A DNA stretch of 19,989 nt from Deltaproteobacteria bacterium. Its GTDB lineage: Bacteria; Myxococcota_C; UBA6777. Below the pieces are notes generated by a model that did not search any database, had not been told where the DNA came from, and saw only the letters and a program-made list of their open reading frames with translations. How positions within the stretch are numbered: position 1 is the first letter of the stretch; the number at the start of each line of letters is the position of its first letter. The stretch lies in contig PCBK01000053.1 of NCBI GenBank assembly GCA_002731275.1, forward strand, positions 100,275 through 120,263, given 5' to 3'. Shown here one piece after another: positions 7,761 to 16,599 of this stretch. The position numbers were made by a program, and so were the translations under genes.

Positions 7761-9588
7761 ACGGGAGAAGGCTCCTTGCATAGAGCCCTTTGACTCTCAA
7801 GAGTGTCCCTCTCGGCTTTTTGGCACCAGGGCGTGGGCTGCGATTGTTTGCGTGAATACGTTCCCACATCTGCAAGAAGTTCTCCGCAGAGTGGCGGAGG
7901 TTGTTGATGTCAGCGCCCACACGTTTTAAGTCGAGAAAGAACTCACCGAGCACACCAATGTGTGAGAAGCCGATATTGTCGAAGGTTCGTCCTGTAGCAG
8001 TGTTACGTTGTTTGTGTTTTTGGTAATCCATCTCGCCCAAAAGAGCATTACATGTGAAGGATTTTTCGTCTTTGGCCTGTTGGATTTTTTTGAGCAGGAT
8101 GGGGAGCCCGATCGTAGCAAAGAGTCCAGCCTTGATGCCCAGACTTGCAACACCAAGCGCCGCTGGCGCGAGGAGGAATTTGACGAGAGGCGCGCCGATG
8201 ATGATGCCACCAGTGATCAACATCGGTTTGACTCTTTTGATCACTGCGTGAGCGGGACCATGTTTCCCGATGCACTTGGCGAGATAACTTCCGCCACAGG
8301 CGTATTGTCCAAAACGTGGGACGGTCATCGGGATGAAGCCGTTCAAATCGCTACCAATCCCGACATTTGCGCCCAGACCAAAGTGTGTGTAGTTGTACAT
8401 TTGTGCAAAGGAACGTGTTGATCCGTGACATGTGTTGGCGACCGCTTTGGATGTGTTACGTGGTCTGTAGCCGACCTGCTCCTTGTTTCCTGGACGAAGA
8501 CCGATCATCCCTCCTGTGCGCATGATCAGATCGATCTCTGTGCGACTAATCGCGTTGTGGTGCGCCATAATCTTGCTCTTGGAGGTTGGATCTTCACCGC
8601 TGCGATTCAGTTTGGCGACAGTCGTCTCTTTGATCCATGCGTGGGATGCAAACATCGGATAGTAGCGGTTGCGTCGGACGATATTGTAGGTGTCCCGGAT
8701 GCCTCTCATCGACAGGTGCGCGACATCGATCAGCAAGCGATGCTTCATCATCTCTCTGATCAAGTCTTTTCCCTGCCTTGTCAGCCCGAAGATATTGCGT
8801 CCATGACGATCCGTTCGAAACCCTCGACGGATTCCTTTGATGGCTTTTTTGGCGAAGGCGTCGCCGTATTTTTTCCGGCTCTTCAATGCTTCAAAGATCT
8901 TGAAGGGCATGGCGTGTAATTGTGCGCCACCAAAGCGGTTGTCCATCTCATGGACCGGCTGGATCGAACGCACGCCTGCCTGGACGAGTTTCTTGAGCTG
9001 TGTGCGCCAGGGGCCGTATGTGGGATCCATGAGGTTGGAGACTTCGAGGTGGAGGATGGCCGCGAGTTTTCCCTGACGGATCGCGAGGCGAGCTTCTTGT
9101 GGAGAGCGTACGATCCGGAACCAGGATCGGTGTTTGTGTGCAAAGCGTTTGACCGCGTTGATTTGGTGCCACACAGCGCGCATGTCAGCGCAGCGTTTTG
9201 TGAGCTTTTTATCTTTGTTCCACATCCTGCTCTTGAGTTTGCGGCGCAAAGAGGGTTTGAGGAATCTTCTCGCGACGTCGAGGATGTGACAAAGAGGTTC
9301 GTAGTTGACGATGGAGACCAGCATGATCTTCAAGCCTTCACGGTGGGCTTTTTTGAGCCATGTTGTGTGCATCGCCTGGTGTTGGATATTGCTCCAAATG
9401 GGTGTTCGTCTGGGGCGGTCGTCGTTTCTGCCTTCAAACCACTGTCCATTGTGTGCGAGATGGGCAAAGTGGTGCGCGTGAAGGTCGATATACCCGACGA
9501 CTTTACTTCTCCCTCGTCTGCGTGCGTCTACATCTTGTGGAGGGATGCAGATGAGCGTGAGCATGAATAGTAGGGTCCATTTGTGCAT
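6934..9588 (-). CDS. Secreted peptidase M19-like (membrane/renal dipeptidase family) hydrolase fused to 4 C-terminal ~70-aa Cys/Trp-rich basic repeats
   Basis: Signal peptide MHKWTLLFMLTLICIPP. 'IDLHAHHF' aligns with M19 (V/I)DGHxD. 'HNAISRTEIDLIMRTGGMIGLRPG' aligns with the M19 'RN..D..L.....GGV.G..F' block. 'GIGSDLNGF' aligns with the M19 GxGSDFDG signature. AGGAGA lies 6 nt before the ATG. The C-terminal ~270 aa are four repeats, each CP(G/P)RR..LG.K.GKAICWARPPLRFI...CG.WRGSTSIK.GFC.K..GSWYLARKLKGKGAP. Confidence 0.65.
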   Translation of the reverse strand: MHKWTLLFMLTLICIPPQDVDARRRGRSKVVGYIDLHAHHFAHLAHNGQWFEGRNDDRPRRTPIWSNIQHQAMHTTWLKKAHREGLKIMLVSIVNYEPLCHILDVARRFLKPSLRRKLKSRMWNKDKKLTKRCADMRAVWHQINAVKRFAHKHRSWFRIVRSPQEARLAIRQGKLAAILHLEVSNLMDPTYGPWRTQLKKLVQAGVRSIQPVHEMDNRFGGAQLHAMPFKIFEALKSRKKYGDAFAKKAIKGIRRGFRTDRHGRNIFGLTRQGKDLIREMMKHRLLIDVAHLSMRGIRDTYNIVRRNRYYPMFASHAWIKETTVAKLNRSGEDPTSKSKIMAHHNAISRTEIDLIMRTGGMIGLRPGNKEQVGYRPRNTSKAVANTCHGSTRSFAQMYNYTHFGLGANVGIGSDLNGFIPMTVPRFGQYACGGSYLAKCIGKHGPAHAVIKRVKPMLITGGIIIGAPLVKFLLAPAALGVASLGIKAGLFATIGLPILLKKIQQAKDEKSFTCNALLGEMDYQKHKQRNTATGRTFDNIGFSHIGVLGEFFLDLKRVGADINNLRHSAENFLQMWERIHANNRSPRPGAKKPRGTLLRVKGLYARSLLPSTVCPPRQTRLGLKNGRAICWQLKPKPTILARKCRSWGGNRMIKAGYCVKSMGGWYLARKLRGKGAPNSSGVSCPGRRHQMGKKYGKPLCLAKAPLTFIQTKHCGRWRGSLSILSGHCTKDMRGWYLVRKLKGKGAPTPRNTGGVKCPGRRPLLGVKYGKAICWARPPLRFIAASHCGRWRGSTSIKAGFCTKHQGSWYLARQIKNAGVPKPSTPTCPGRRHFLGVKNGKAICWARPPLRFIKSKRCGKWRGSTSIKSGFCAKSKGSWYLARKLK

Positions 9589-9699
9589 ATTGCGTCTCCT
9601 GTGTGGGTCTTTTTCGGATGATAGGTGCTCTGAGATGAGCTTCGTTCTTAGTGTCGACGCAAAACGTAAAAATGCACTACACGAGCCATTTTTGCCTTT

Positions 9700-10992
9700 T
9701 CATGCTTGTCGTGGGGGTTTGTTGATGGGCCAGAGCAGCGCGCCGAGGAAGAGTACAATAGACACGAGGAAGCTCCCGTAAAGATACTTATCCAACGCAG
9801 CTTGCGTGGGCTTTTTGAGTGTGATCTCCAAACGTCCGTCTTCTTTTTGGTACCAAACAGGGGTGCGTTTCGTTGGGGATGAATGTGGTGGGAGACAGCA
9901 ATATCGATGTCGTTGACCATCACTGTCTCGAAAGGTGATGGCGAGCTTCCCGTTTTTTATGGGGTGTGGAGTGGCCATTGATTCCGACCATATCGCACCA
10001 GTCAAAAGTGAGACGAGGAGGATCGCTCCGACAGAGATGAGCCAAAGGAGCGATGTGACGAGGATGGCAGGTCTGACCCAACCGCTGGCGATATGGTTCG
10101 CGGGGAGACGTATCTGACTTTCCAATACAATCGTCTCATCAAGCTCAGGCAGAGAGTCCAAAGGGAGGAGCTGGAGAGCGTTCCATGTGTCCATCGATGG
10201 TTTGGGGATGGATTGGGATGGGTCCCAGCCGAAAAATGAGACGTATGCAGCGTACAGCTCGGGGAAGAGAAAATTCAACTCGTGGGGACGTTCGAAAAAG
10301 TTCTCTACACTGACCGCCCAAAACTCCTGTCGTTCGGTTTTGCCGTAGGGATCCTTAAAAAGCTCCAAGCGCTCTAGAATGGCATACTCATCAGGTGTGG
10401 GTTCCTTTGTGTTCCAGACCGCGTGATATTGTGCGACAAGTCGTTCGATGTGAGGGCAACCTGGATCTCCCCAGGCGAGGCCATCGCGAAAATCGACGAT
10501 GTGTGCCAGCTCATGAATGATGAGATCGTGCCCATCATTGTGTCGTCTCAGGTCTTTGTCGGCATCTTTCCAGCACAACCAGACAGCTCCGTCGTAAGTT
10601 GCATACCCACTCACAACGATACCTTCGAATGTTGGACGGTTGTTGGTCAAGATGACCTTGTGGAGTCCTTCGAGGTGGTGTGAGTGGATGAGTGAGATAC
10701 GTGCTGCCGCTGCCGCGACCATGATGTACATCTCGTTCTTGAGTTTGAGCCCTTTGCCTGCAAATTGAACCCGCTTGAGCAGTCGCACCATTTCGTTGTG
10801 TAGGGTGTGTCTGAGATCTTTGGGGAGGTGTCTGTAAAAGAGTATTTTGCGGAGAATGACATTCCATTCCCGTGGGATCGTACCTTCTTGGAGCTTCTCT
10901 GCGCCGGGGTACAAAGAAAACACCAGCCGTTTTTTCTTCTTGGATCTTTTGGACATCGTTTTGTCGCCTTCTGTATTGTGTAGAGGTGACAT
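9700..10992 (-). CDS. Peptidase M90 (MtfA-like zinc metallopeptidase) with a C-terminal double-TM anchor
   Basis: 'IIHELAHIVD' HExxH zinc site, followed by 'EFWAVSVENFFERPHELNFLFPELYAAYVSFFGWDP'. This matches the MtfA/M90 hallmark E(V/F)FAV.SE.FFE.P..L....P.LY..L..FY..DP. Two hydrophobic helices near the C-terminus. Only 24 bp downstream of the sirtuin gene on the same strand. Confidence 0.75.
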   Translation of the reverse strand: MSPLHNTEGDKTMSKRSKKKKRLVFSLYPGAEKLQEGTIPREWNVILRKILFYRHLPKDLRHTLHNEMVRLLKRVQFAGKGLKLKNEMYIMVAAAAARISLIHSHHLEGLHKVILTNNRPTFEGIVVSGYATYDGAVWLCWKDADKDLRRHNDGHDLIIHELAHIVDFRDGLAWGDPGCPHIERLVAQYHAVWNTKEPTPDEYAILERLELFKDPYGKTERQEFWAVSVENFFERPHELNFLFPELYAAYVSFFGWDPSQSIPKPSMDTWNALQLLPLDSLPELDETIVLESQIRLPANHIASGWVRPAILVTSLLWLISVGAILLVSLLTGAIWSESMATPHPIKNGKLAITFRDSDGQRHRYCCLPPHSSPTKRTPVWYQKEDGRLEITLKKPTQAALDKYLYGSFLVSIVLFLGALLWPINKPPRQA

Positions 10993-11016
10993 ACTTCCAT
11001 TGGATACCAGTCCAAG

Positions 11017-11862
11017 TCAACAGTGTCTCTCGTCGTCGACCAATAGACGAAGGGCGCGGCTTGAGGTATCTGGGATGTAAAGGTCGACGAAAGGGGTGAG
11101 GGCGGTGGGTGTGGGGTTGATTTCGATCAATGTGGCTCCGGCCTCTCTCGCGATATGGGGAAGCTCGGCGACAGGATAGACTGTCGCTGAGGTGCCGAGG
11201 ACGAGCATGACTTTGTTGTGCTTCACCAGACAGATGGCTTCTTGCCATGTCGAGGTGTCGAGTGGGTCGCCAAAGAACACCATGTCAGGTCTACGAGCAC
11301 CACCACAAGATGGGCATGTGAAGAGATCTTGCTTGAGTTTTTTGAAGAGCTTGATCCTGCCGAGTGGTTGCCCTTCAAGTTCATTGAGGAAGGCGCGGAG
11401 AGCGTCTTTGCTGAGGGTGTCTTGGCGTTTACATGTTTTGCACACAGAGCGAAAGAAGTTGCCGTGTACTTCGACGACATGTTGACTCCCTGCGTCCTGA
11501 TGAAGCTGATCGACGTTTTGTGTGATGATGCCAGAGAGCAGGCCCTGTTGTTCGAGTGTTGCGAGTAATGTATGTGTGTCATTGGGGGTGGCTTGCACAA
11601 AGGTCTTGATCGTGTCTCGCAAGAAGCTCTGGAACCATTTGGGAAAGCAAGCGAATGTGAAGATGAGACCTGGAGTATGACCGAACAGTGAGGGAGGATA
11701 CTGTCTCCAGAGTCCATCTGTGCCCCGAAAGGTCGGGATTCCACTGTCCACAGAGACACCGGCGCCAGTGAGTACGCAGACAGGCCCACGTTCATGGATG
11801 ATTCTGAAGGCTTCTTTATGTTCGGTGAGAAGGTCTTTTGGTGGGATGTTGTGTGAGGACAA
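11017..11862 (-). CDS. cobB: NAD-dependent protein deacylase, Sir2/CobB family sirtuin
   Basis: Rossmann/NAD motif 'LTGAGVSVDSGIPTFRG'. Catalytic 'ITQNVDQLH...VVEVHG'. Zn ribbon 'CKTCKRQ...CPSCGG'. C-terminal 'VLGTSATVYP'. Start re-placed at an in-frame TTG, giving MSSHNIPPKD..., with AAGGAG 7 nt upstream. The track's longer ORF to 11952 also begins at a TTG but without a ribosome-binding site, and the extra 30 aa have no Met. Confidence 0.8.
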   Translation of the reverse strand: MSSHNIPPKDLLTEHKEAFRIIHERGPVCVLTGAGVSVDSGIPTFRGTDGLWRQYPPSLFGHTPGLIFTFACFPKWFQSFLRDTIKTFVQATPNDTHTLLATLEQQGLLSGIITQNVDQLHQDAGSQHVVEVHGNFFRSVCKTCKRQDTLSKDALRAFLNELEGQPLGRIKLFKKLKQDLFTCPSCGGARRPDMVFFGDPLDTSTWQEAICLVKHNKVMLVLGTSATVYPVAELPHIAREAGATLIEINPTPTALTPFVDLYIPDTSSRALRLLVDDERHC

Positions 11863-12030
11863 AGCTATGCTCCTTTGTATGTGTCGGTGTGTCTTTCTAC
11901 GATCTAGGGTGAGTCCGTGTGTTGGATCGTCAAGGAAAAAGTGCAAGGACAAAGAAGGGGGAGCGTTCCTTGCGAATGTGTAGGTGACTCCTTAACATGT
12001 GTATATTATTGTACTCATATGGAGGAGATT

Positions 12031-12996
12031 ATGAACGAAAAAGCCCCTGTTTGTGTTATTGGTTGTAGCGGATTCATCGGAAGTCATGTCACCGCGACGT
12101 TGCTGGAAAGAGGCTACTCTGTCCACGGTACGCTCCGCGATGCGAGTGATGAACGTACACATTGGTTGCGTGAGCGCGTCGCGTCACGTGCTAAGGATGA
12201 TGCAACACTTACATTCTTTTCTGCACAGATGAATGATCCAGAAGCGCTGACTGCTGCAATGAAGGGATGTGATGGTGTCTTCATGTGCGCAGGCACAGAG
12301 AAACAAGCTCCCGAGACCATCGAGATCATGCTCAGCGGTGTCCGTACAATCTTACAGACAGCCCGTTCATTAGGCATCAAAGACGTTGTGCTCACATCAA
12401 GTACAGGCTCCACAAACCCTCCAGGACCCGAACCCAACCCAAAAGTCGAGACGAAGCACTGGTCCGATCCGATGCAGCAGTTGTCTGTTGGGAAGTTCTC
12501 ACCAGCGGCCAAGACGTTGATGGAAGCGCTCGCGCTCCGTTTGATGGAAGAGTCTGAAGGCGCGCTACGTGTCTGCATCATGAACCCCTCTCTTGTCGCT
12601 GGTCCCGTGTACCAACCTGAGCTTGTGATGGGGATGAAGTTCTTGCGCTCGATCATTAAAAAAGAGCGTTGGGCCGACAGTATCCCGAATGGTTCGATGT
12701 CCGTGATTGATGTGAGAGACCTCGCGATGCTGCACGTCAAAGCCTACGAGAACAAAGAGGCAAGTGGTCGATACTTTGGGGTCAAGAAAAGTTGGTCCTG
12801 GCGTGACATCCTATCAACACTTTCACAAGTGTATCCTGCCTATACATTACCTGACGTTCCAGAGCCTGAAGAGCCTGCGCAACCGACGCAATTTGATCTG
12901 TCTCGCCAGGAGACGTTGGGTGTGTCTCTTCGGGATTTGCCAGAGATTCTTGAGGGTGTGATCGATGAGTTGACAGCTCGTGGTGAGCTGTCTTGA
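12031..12996 (+). CDS. NAD(P)-dependent epimerase/dehydratase, extended SDR family (cinnamoyl-CoA/aldehyde-reductase-like)
   Basis: N-terminal 'VIGCSGFIGSHV' GxxGxxG Rossmann motif. Start placed at 12031 (MNEKAPVCVIG) because GGAGGAG lies 5 nt upstream. The track's upstream extension is Cys-rich and lacks a ribosome-binding site. Divergent from the sirtuin gene with a 168-bp shared promoter region. Confidence 0.8.
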   Translation: MNEKAPVCVIGCSGFIGSHVTATLLERGYSVHGTLRDASDERTHWLRERVASRAKDDATLTFFSAQMNDPEALTAAMKGCDGVFMCAGTEKQAPETIEIMLSGVRTILQTARSLGIKDVVLTSSTGSTNPPGPEPNPKVETKHWSDPMQQLSVGKFSPAAKTLMEALALRLMEESEGALRVCIMNPSLVAGPVYQPELVMGMKFLRSIIKKERWADSIPNGSMSVIDVRDLAMLHVKAYENKEASGRYFGVKKSWSWRDILSTLSQVYPAYTLPDVPEPEEPAQPTQFDLSRQETLGVSLRDLPEILEGVIDELTARGELS

Positions 12997-13456
12997 TCAT
13001 CTCTTGGTAAGGCCGTTGGATGGAAAAAGCGTACGTAAGAGGGTCGGTGATGGAGTCTCAGGCAAGGCATGAGAAGGCGCAATCGCAGCGCTATTGCAAC
13101 GACGAATAACGATGCTTGGGGTTTCAGCAACAACCTCTACGGACGTTTCTTTTTCTGTATCCTTTTTTCCATTCGATGGCCTAAGTCTTTTCTGCCACCC
13201 CTATCCATCCAAATCCCCACCACATAGCAAATAAGACAGTCTGGAACCTACCCTGCAAAAAGTGTCCACGTATGAGGACACAGGACTGTGCAAGTCCATC
13301 TACACTTCCCTTTTCTTTCTTTGTATGGTTTTGTTTTACAAAAACATTTGTTTGTTGGATGAGTGGCGTATGGATTGCAGTAGACTGTTTTGTCCGACAC
13401 TCCAATTGTGCAGATTGCCGGTCTTTTGTCTTGGTCGTACCAAAAAAGGGTTTGTG

Positions 13457-14458
13457 ATGTTCAATCGATCTCGTGATATCTTGATGCTCTCAATGGCGTT
13501 GTTTTTTCTCGTCTCGACCTGTTGTGTGGTGTACGCGACACACACAGTCCTCTCCGAAGATGGGAAGTGGGTTGGGGGTGTTGTACGTCACGTGGTCTCG
13601 GATAAGGGGAAGGGGCATCCTGTTGTCGAGCGGCTCGTCGATCGTGTGACGGACAAGATCTTGTCGCGTGTGCTCGCCAAGGATGAGCGACTTCATGTGC
13701 TCCCGCTCGTCGAGAAGATCCTCGATCGGATCTTGCATCGTCTCGTGCAAAAACTCTTCTCAAACGAAGGGGATGTGTTGTTCAAGGGGATCGTCAAGTC
13801 TCCTGAGGTTGAGCACTTCATGAAGAAGGTTGTGGATCATGTCCTGATGAAGCGACAAACGCAGCTCGTAGCGGTTGTCAAAAAGGTCGCGCCTGTCGAT
13901 CTTGCGCGTGTGAGTCGGGGGGTTGTGAGCCATGTCCTGCGTCGAGAGCGCAAGCCACTGATTGCTGTTGTCTCTCGGTTGGTTGGGGAGCTGATGAAGC
14001 AGTCATCAGGTCGAGGTGGCGGGAAGGCGTTGGCGACAGCGGTGATCGATCGGGTGTTTGCAAAGCACCAAAAAAGCCTGACCGAGATCTTGCAGAAGGT
14101 CGCGCCGCTTAACCTCAAAACACTCACACAAAAACTCGTCCAACAGATCCTCAATCGCAACCGCAAAGATATCGCTGACATCGCCCAAAGTATCATTGTG
14201 AAGCTGACCAAGAAGATCCGCCAGGGGGATGTCGAGAAGCTGACCAAGAAGCTCCTCACACAAGTGATTCGTAGACACAAACAAGACATTGTTGATATTG
14301 TCAGGCGGTCCAACAAAACCAATCTTGAGAAGCTACTTCCTCGTGTCACCAAGCGCGTACTCAGGGAGAACAAGAAGCAGATCGTTTACATCGTGCGTGA
14401 GGTGTTAAGGGTCGATTTCGCGAAGCTCCTCAAGCAAACATTTTCCAAAAAGAAATGA
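13457..14458 (+). CDS. Secreted basic protein built of ~33-aa amphipathic helical tandem repeats
   Basis: Start chosen at MFNRSRDILMLSMALFFLVSTCCVVYA (signal peptide) rather than the track's 13262. The body consists of about 10 degenerate repeats such as (V/I)..(K/R)LVQQILNRNRKDI.DI.Q.II and KKLLTQVIRRHKQDIVDIVRR. An 18-bp near-identical DNA repeat 'aagctgaccaagaag' recurs. Confidence 0.65.
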   Translation: MFNRSRDILMLSMALFFLVSTCCVVYATHTVLSEDGKWVGGVVRHVVSDKGKGHPVVERLVDRVTDKILSRVLAKDERLHVLPLVEKILDRILHRLVQKLFSNEGDVLFKGIVKSPEVEHFMKKVVDHVLMKRQTQLVAVVKKVAPVDLARVSRGVVSHVLRRERKPLIAVVSRLVGELMKQSSGRGGGKALATAVIDRVFAKHQKSLTEILQKVAPLNLKTLTQKLVQQILNRNRKDIADIAQSIIVKLTKKIRQGDVEKLTKKLLTQVIRRHKQDIVDIVRRSNKTNLEKLLPRVTKRVLRENKKQIVYIVREVLRVDFAKLLKQTFSKKK

Positions 14459-15738
14459 ACAGCCCTTGTGGGTTTGCTTTCATCGATTCGCCCTGCGCAA
14501 AGCGGGTCTCCTCTGACAAAAAGGAATGCTCTATGTGGTCGATACTTTCATCCTCCCTCCATCTCCTCGTCATCCCTGTCTCTGCGGGCGTGATTGGGTA
14601 TGTGACCAACGTCCTCGCGATCAAGATGATGTTTTATCCCATCGAGTTTACGGGGAAGAAGCCGTACTTTGGTTGGCAGGGGATTATCCCCTCCAAAGCG
14701 ACGAAGATCGCCGGGGATGCCGTTGATATCGTGCTCGCACGTCTGATCAGCGTCACCGAACTTTACACGCGGCTTGATCCTGAAGAGGTCTCTAAAGAGC
14801 TCACACCTGTGCTCAACGAGCTGACCGAGGAGATCGTCGAGAAGGTCGTCTCTGAGGCATATCCAAAGGTGTGGGAGACGATGCCCAAGTCTCTCAAAAA
14901 GAAGACGTTCAACAAGATTCAAAAAGAGATCCCCCATATCATCGAACAAATCGTCGAGGATGTAGAGCTACATATCGAAGAGATCTGTGATGTAAAAGCC
15001 ATCGTGATCGATGCATTCGTGAAGGACAAGAAGCTGCTCAACGAGTTGTTCTTACGTTGTGGTTCAGAGGAGTTTAAGTTTATCGGTCAGTCCGGACTTT
15101 ACTTTGGGTTTTTGTTTGGCGTCCCACAGATGATCGTGTGGTACTTTGTGCAGCCATGGTGGTTGTTACCTGCGGCGGGATTGCTCGTTGGGTATGCCAC
15201 CAACTGGGTCGCGTTAAAGATGGTCTTTGAACCTGTGAACCCTGTGAAGATCGGTCCTTGGGAGTGGCAAGGGCTGTTTTTGAGACGTCAGTCTGAGGTC
15301 TCGGCTGAGTATGCGGAGGTCTTCGCCAAGGAGATCCTCAACGCCAAGAATATTATCAACGCGATTATTCGTGGCCCCGCATCAGACCGACTGTTTATGA
15401 TCATCCAACGTCATCTGAAAGAGGCGATTGATGACACTTCGGGGATGAGCAAACATTTTGTGCAGTTTGTGATTGGGACAGAGCGTTACATCGAGATGAA
15501 GAACAATATCTGCGATGGTTTGATGGATTCACTGCCTAATGAGCTCGGACGAATCCACACTTACGCGGACGAGGCGCTCGATCTCAAAAGAGAGCTGGAG
15601 GATGGCTTAAACTCCTTGAGCCCTGAAGAGTTTGAGGGGATTTTGCACCCTGTTTTCCAGGAGGATGAATGGATTCTGATCGTCGTGGGGGCGTTACTTG
15701 GGATGGCTGCGGGTTTTGCACAACTCTTGATGGTGTAA
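14455..15738 (+). CDS. DUF445 family (YjiN/YheB-like) membrane protein
   Basis: 'GYVTNVLAIKMMFYP...GWQGIIP' at the N-terminus and the second 'GYATNWVALKMVFEP' repeat are typical of DUF445. The ATG overlaps the upstream stop (ATGA), which suggests translational coupling. An alternative start at 14533 (MWSIL) is possible. Confidence 0.7.
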   Translation: MNSPCGFAFIDSPCAKRVSSDKKECSMWSILSSSLHLLVIPVSAGVIGYVTNVLAIKMMFYPIEFTGKKPYFGWQGIIPSKATKIAGDAVDIVLARLISVTELYTRLDPEEVSKELTPVLNELTEEIVEKVVSEAYPKVWETMPKSLKKKTFNKIQKEIPHIIEQIVEDVELHIEEICDVKAIVIDAFVKDKKLLNELFLRCGSEEFKFIGQSGLYFGFLFGVPQMIVWYFVQPWWLLPAAGLLVGYATNWVALKMVFEPVNPVKIGPWEWQGLFLRRQSEVSAEYAEVFAKEILNAKNIINAIIRGPASDRLFMIIQRHLKEAIDDTSGMSKHFVQFVIGTERYIEMKNNICDGLMDSLPNELGRIHTYADEALDLKRELEDGLNSLSPEEFEGILHPVFQEDEWILIVVGALLGMAAGFAQLLMV

Positions 15739-16020
15739 ACCCACACCAAAAGCGGTGTATTCCATGTTCAGTTACAAGCATAAGGGGCGAAAGACCTGGA
15801 CTGTTCTTGCGATGGTGACACATCATCATCACTTTTTGAAGCTACGAATGACGTATGACCACAGCATTCATCATCGCGTAGGGCGGATTTTTCTCGCAAA
15901 AGTCTTCAGGGATATGGGGCGGCTCATCAAAAACTCCACAAAACCATCACGCTAAACAATCGAGACCATCGAAGAAAATAATGGCGAGAGTTTTGTTAAG
16001 TCATGTGTTTGTTGGTTACT

Positions 16021-16511
16021 CTACGTGAATTCGGAAGGTGATATCTGCGTAGTTATTTCGTCTCTTTCCAAATCCTTCAACAACGACGGGTCCACGACAA
16101 AGGTCTTGCCTCTTTTGATAAGAGCAAATTCCTTGGTTGCGCTTGCGTGGGTGAGAAGATCTCGCAAAGATGCATCTCGTATCTTCTTTGAGTGTGTTGT
16201 TGCTGTGATTATGTTCAGTGACACGGTGTCACCCCAAAAATTCAGGTGTGGTGCTTTCTGGATGGGGATGAGCGCCTGTATGTGGGGTTTTGGGTTGAGG
16301 CAGCGACATTTTTTTGCACCGCAAGGTGTGTCAGGTATTGTTCGATCTCTGGGGTATCCATGGTCGTCGGGTGTCTTTTGTTGTGGAACAGGATGAATCT
16401 CTTGATCCAGCCGACATAGGTCTTTTCTGTTGCACGGGAGTACTGCTTCAGGCGGATGGTAGCTCGGACGCGTTCCAACAACTTTCTTTTGGGAGGTTCG
16501 GGGGAGTTCAT
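16021..16511 (-). pseudogene. intI: Integron-integrase-type tyrosine recombinase (IntI-like), frameshifted and 3'-truncated
   Basis: The intact N-terminal 89 codons (16511..16242) give 'LERVRATIRLKQYSRATEKTYVGWIKRFILFHNKRHPTTMDTPEIEQYLTHLAVQKNVAASTQN'. This matches the IntI SAM-like N-domain pattern (R.I..L.YS.RTEQAYV.WV..FI.FH..RHP.....EVE.FL..LA..R.VS.STH.QAL). The frame breaks right after ASTQN. A second frame (about 16230..16021) reads '...IRDASLRDLL...FALIKRGKTFVVDPSLLKDLE', resembling the box I/'GKG.K.R.VPL' patch region. The HxxR and Tyr-containing C-terminal third is absent in all frames downstream. Confidence 0.65.
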
Positions 16512-16599
16512 GTTTTTTTCTTTTCTGTTGTTTGGTTCTTGAGTGAGTTTTTTGTCTTGTGTATGGGCTTAAGCAACAGATGTGCCAGTTGGGGAGCGG

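Noticed and set aside
11017-11952. Sirtuin as a Thoeris/DSR-type antiphage SIR2 effector
   Set aside because: The protein has the full deacylase architecture, including the CxxC...CxxC zinc ribbon and the HG catalytic His. It is ~280 aa with no fused TIR/SLOG/Macro or other partner domain, and its neighbours are peptidases. It looks like a housekeeping CobB-type sirtuin.
92-12740. Many long overlapping or antisense ORFs inside annotated genes (for example 92..610-, 430..795+, 3785..4312+, 8425..8919+, 8920..9570+, 10535..11248-, 11223..11795-, 12114..12740-, 13837..14373-)
   Set aside because: Typical shadow ORFs of GC-rich coding DNA. Their products are low-complexity (Arg/Ser/Pro-rich), they lack ribosome-binding sites, and each is fully contained in a stronger same-locus gene with recognisable motifs.
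15739-16020. Search for the missing integrase C-terminus or a tRNA gene flanking the recombinase, to test the island-at-tRNA scenario
   Set aside because: All three minus-strand frames downstream of 16021 hit stops within 25 codons and show no HxxR/LGH/Tyr motifs. No GGTTCGAATCC-type T-arm motif is present anywhere near the recombinase. The His-rich 66-aa ORF 15755..15955 has no support.
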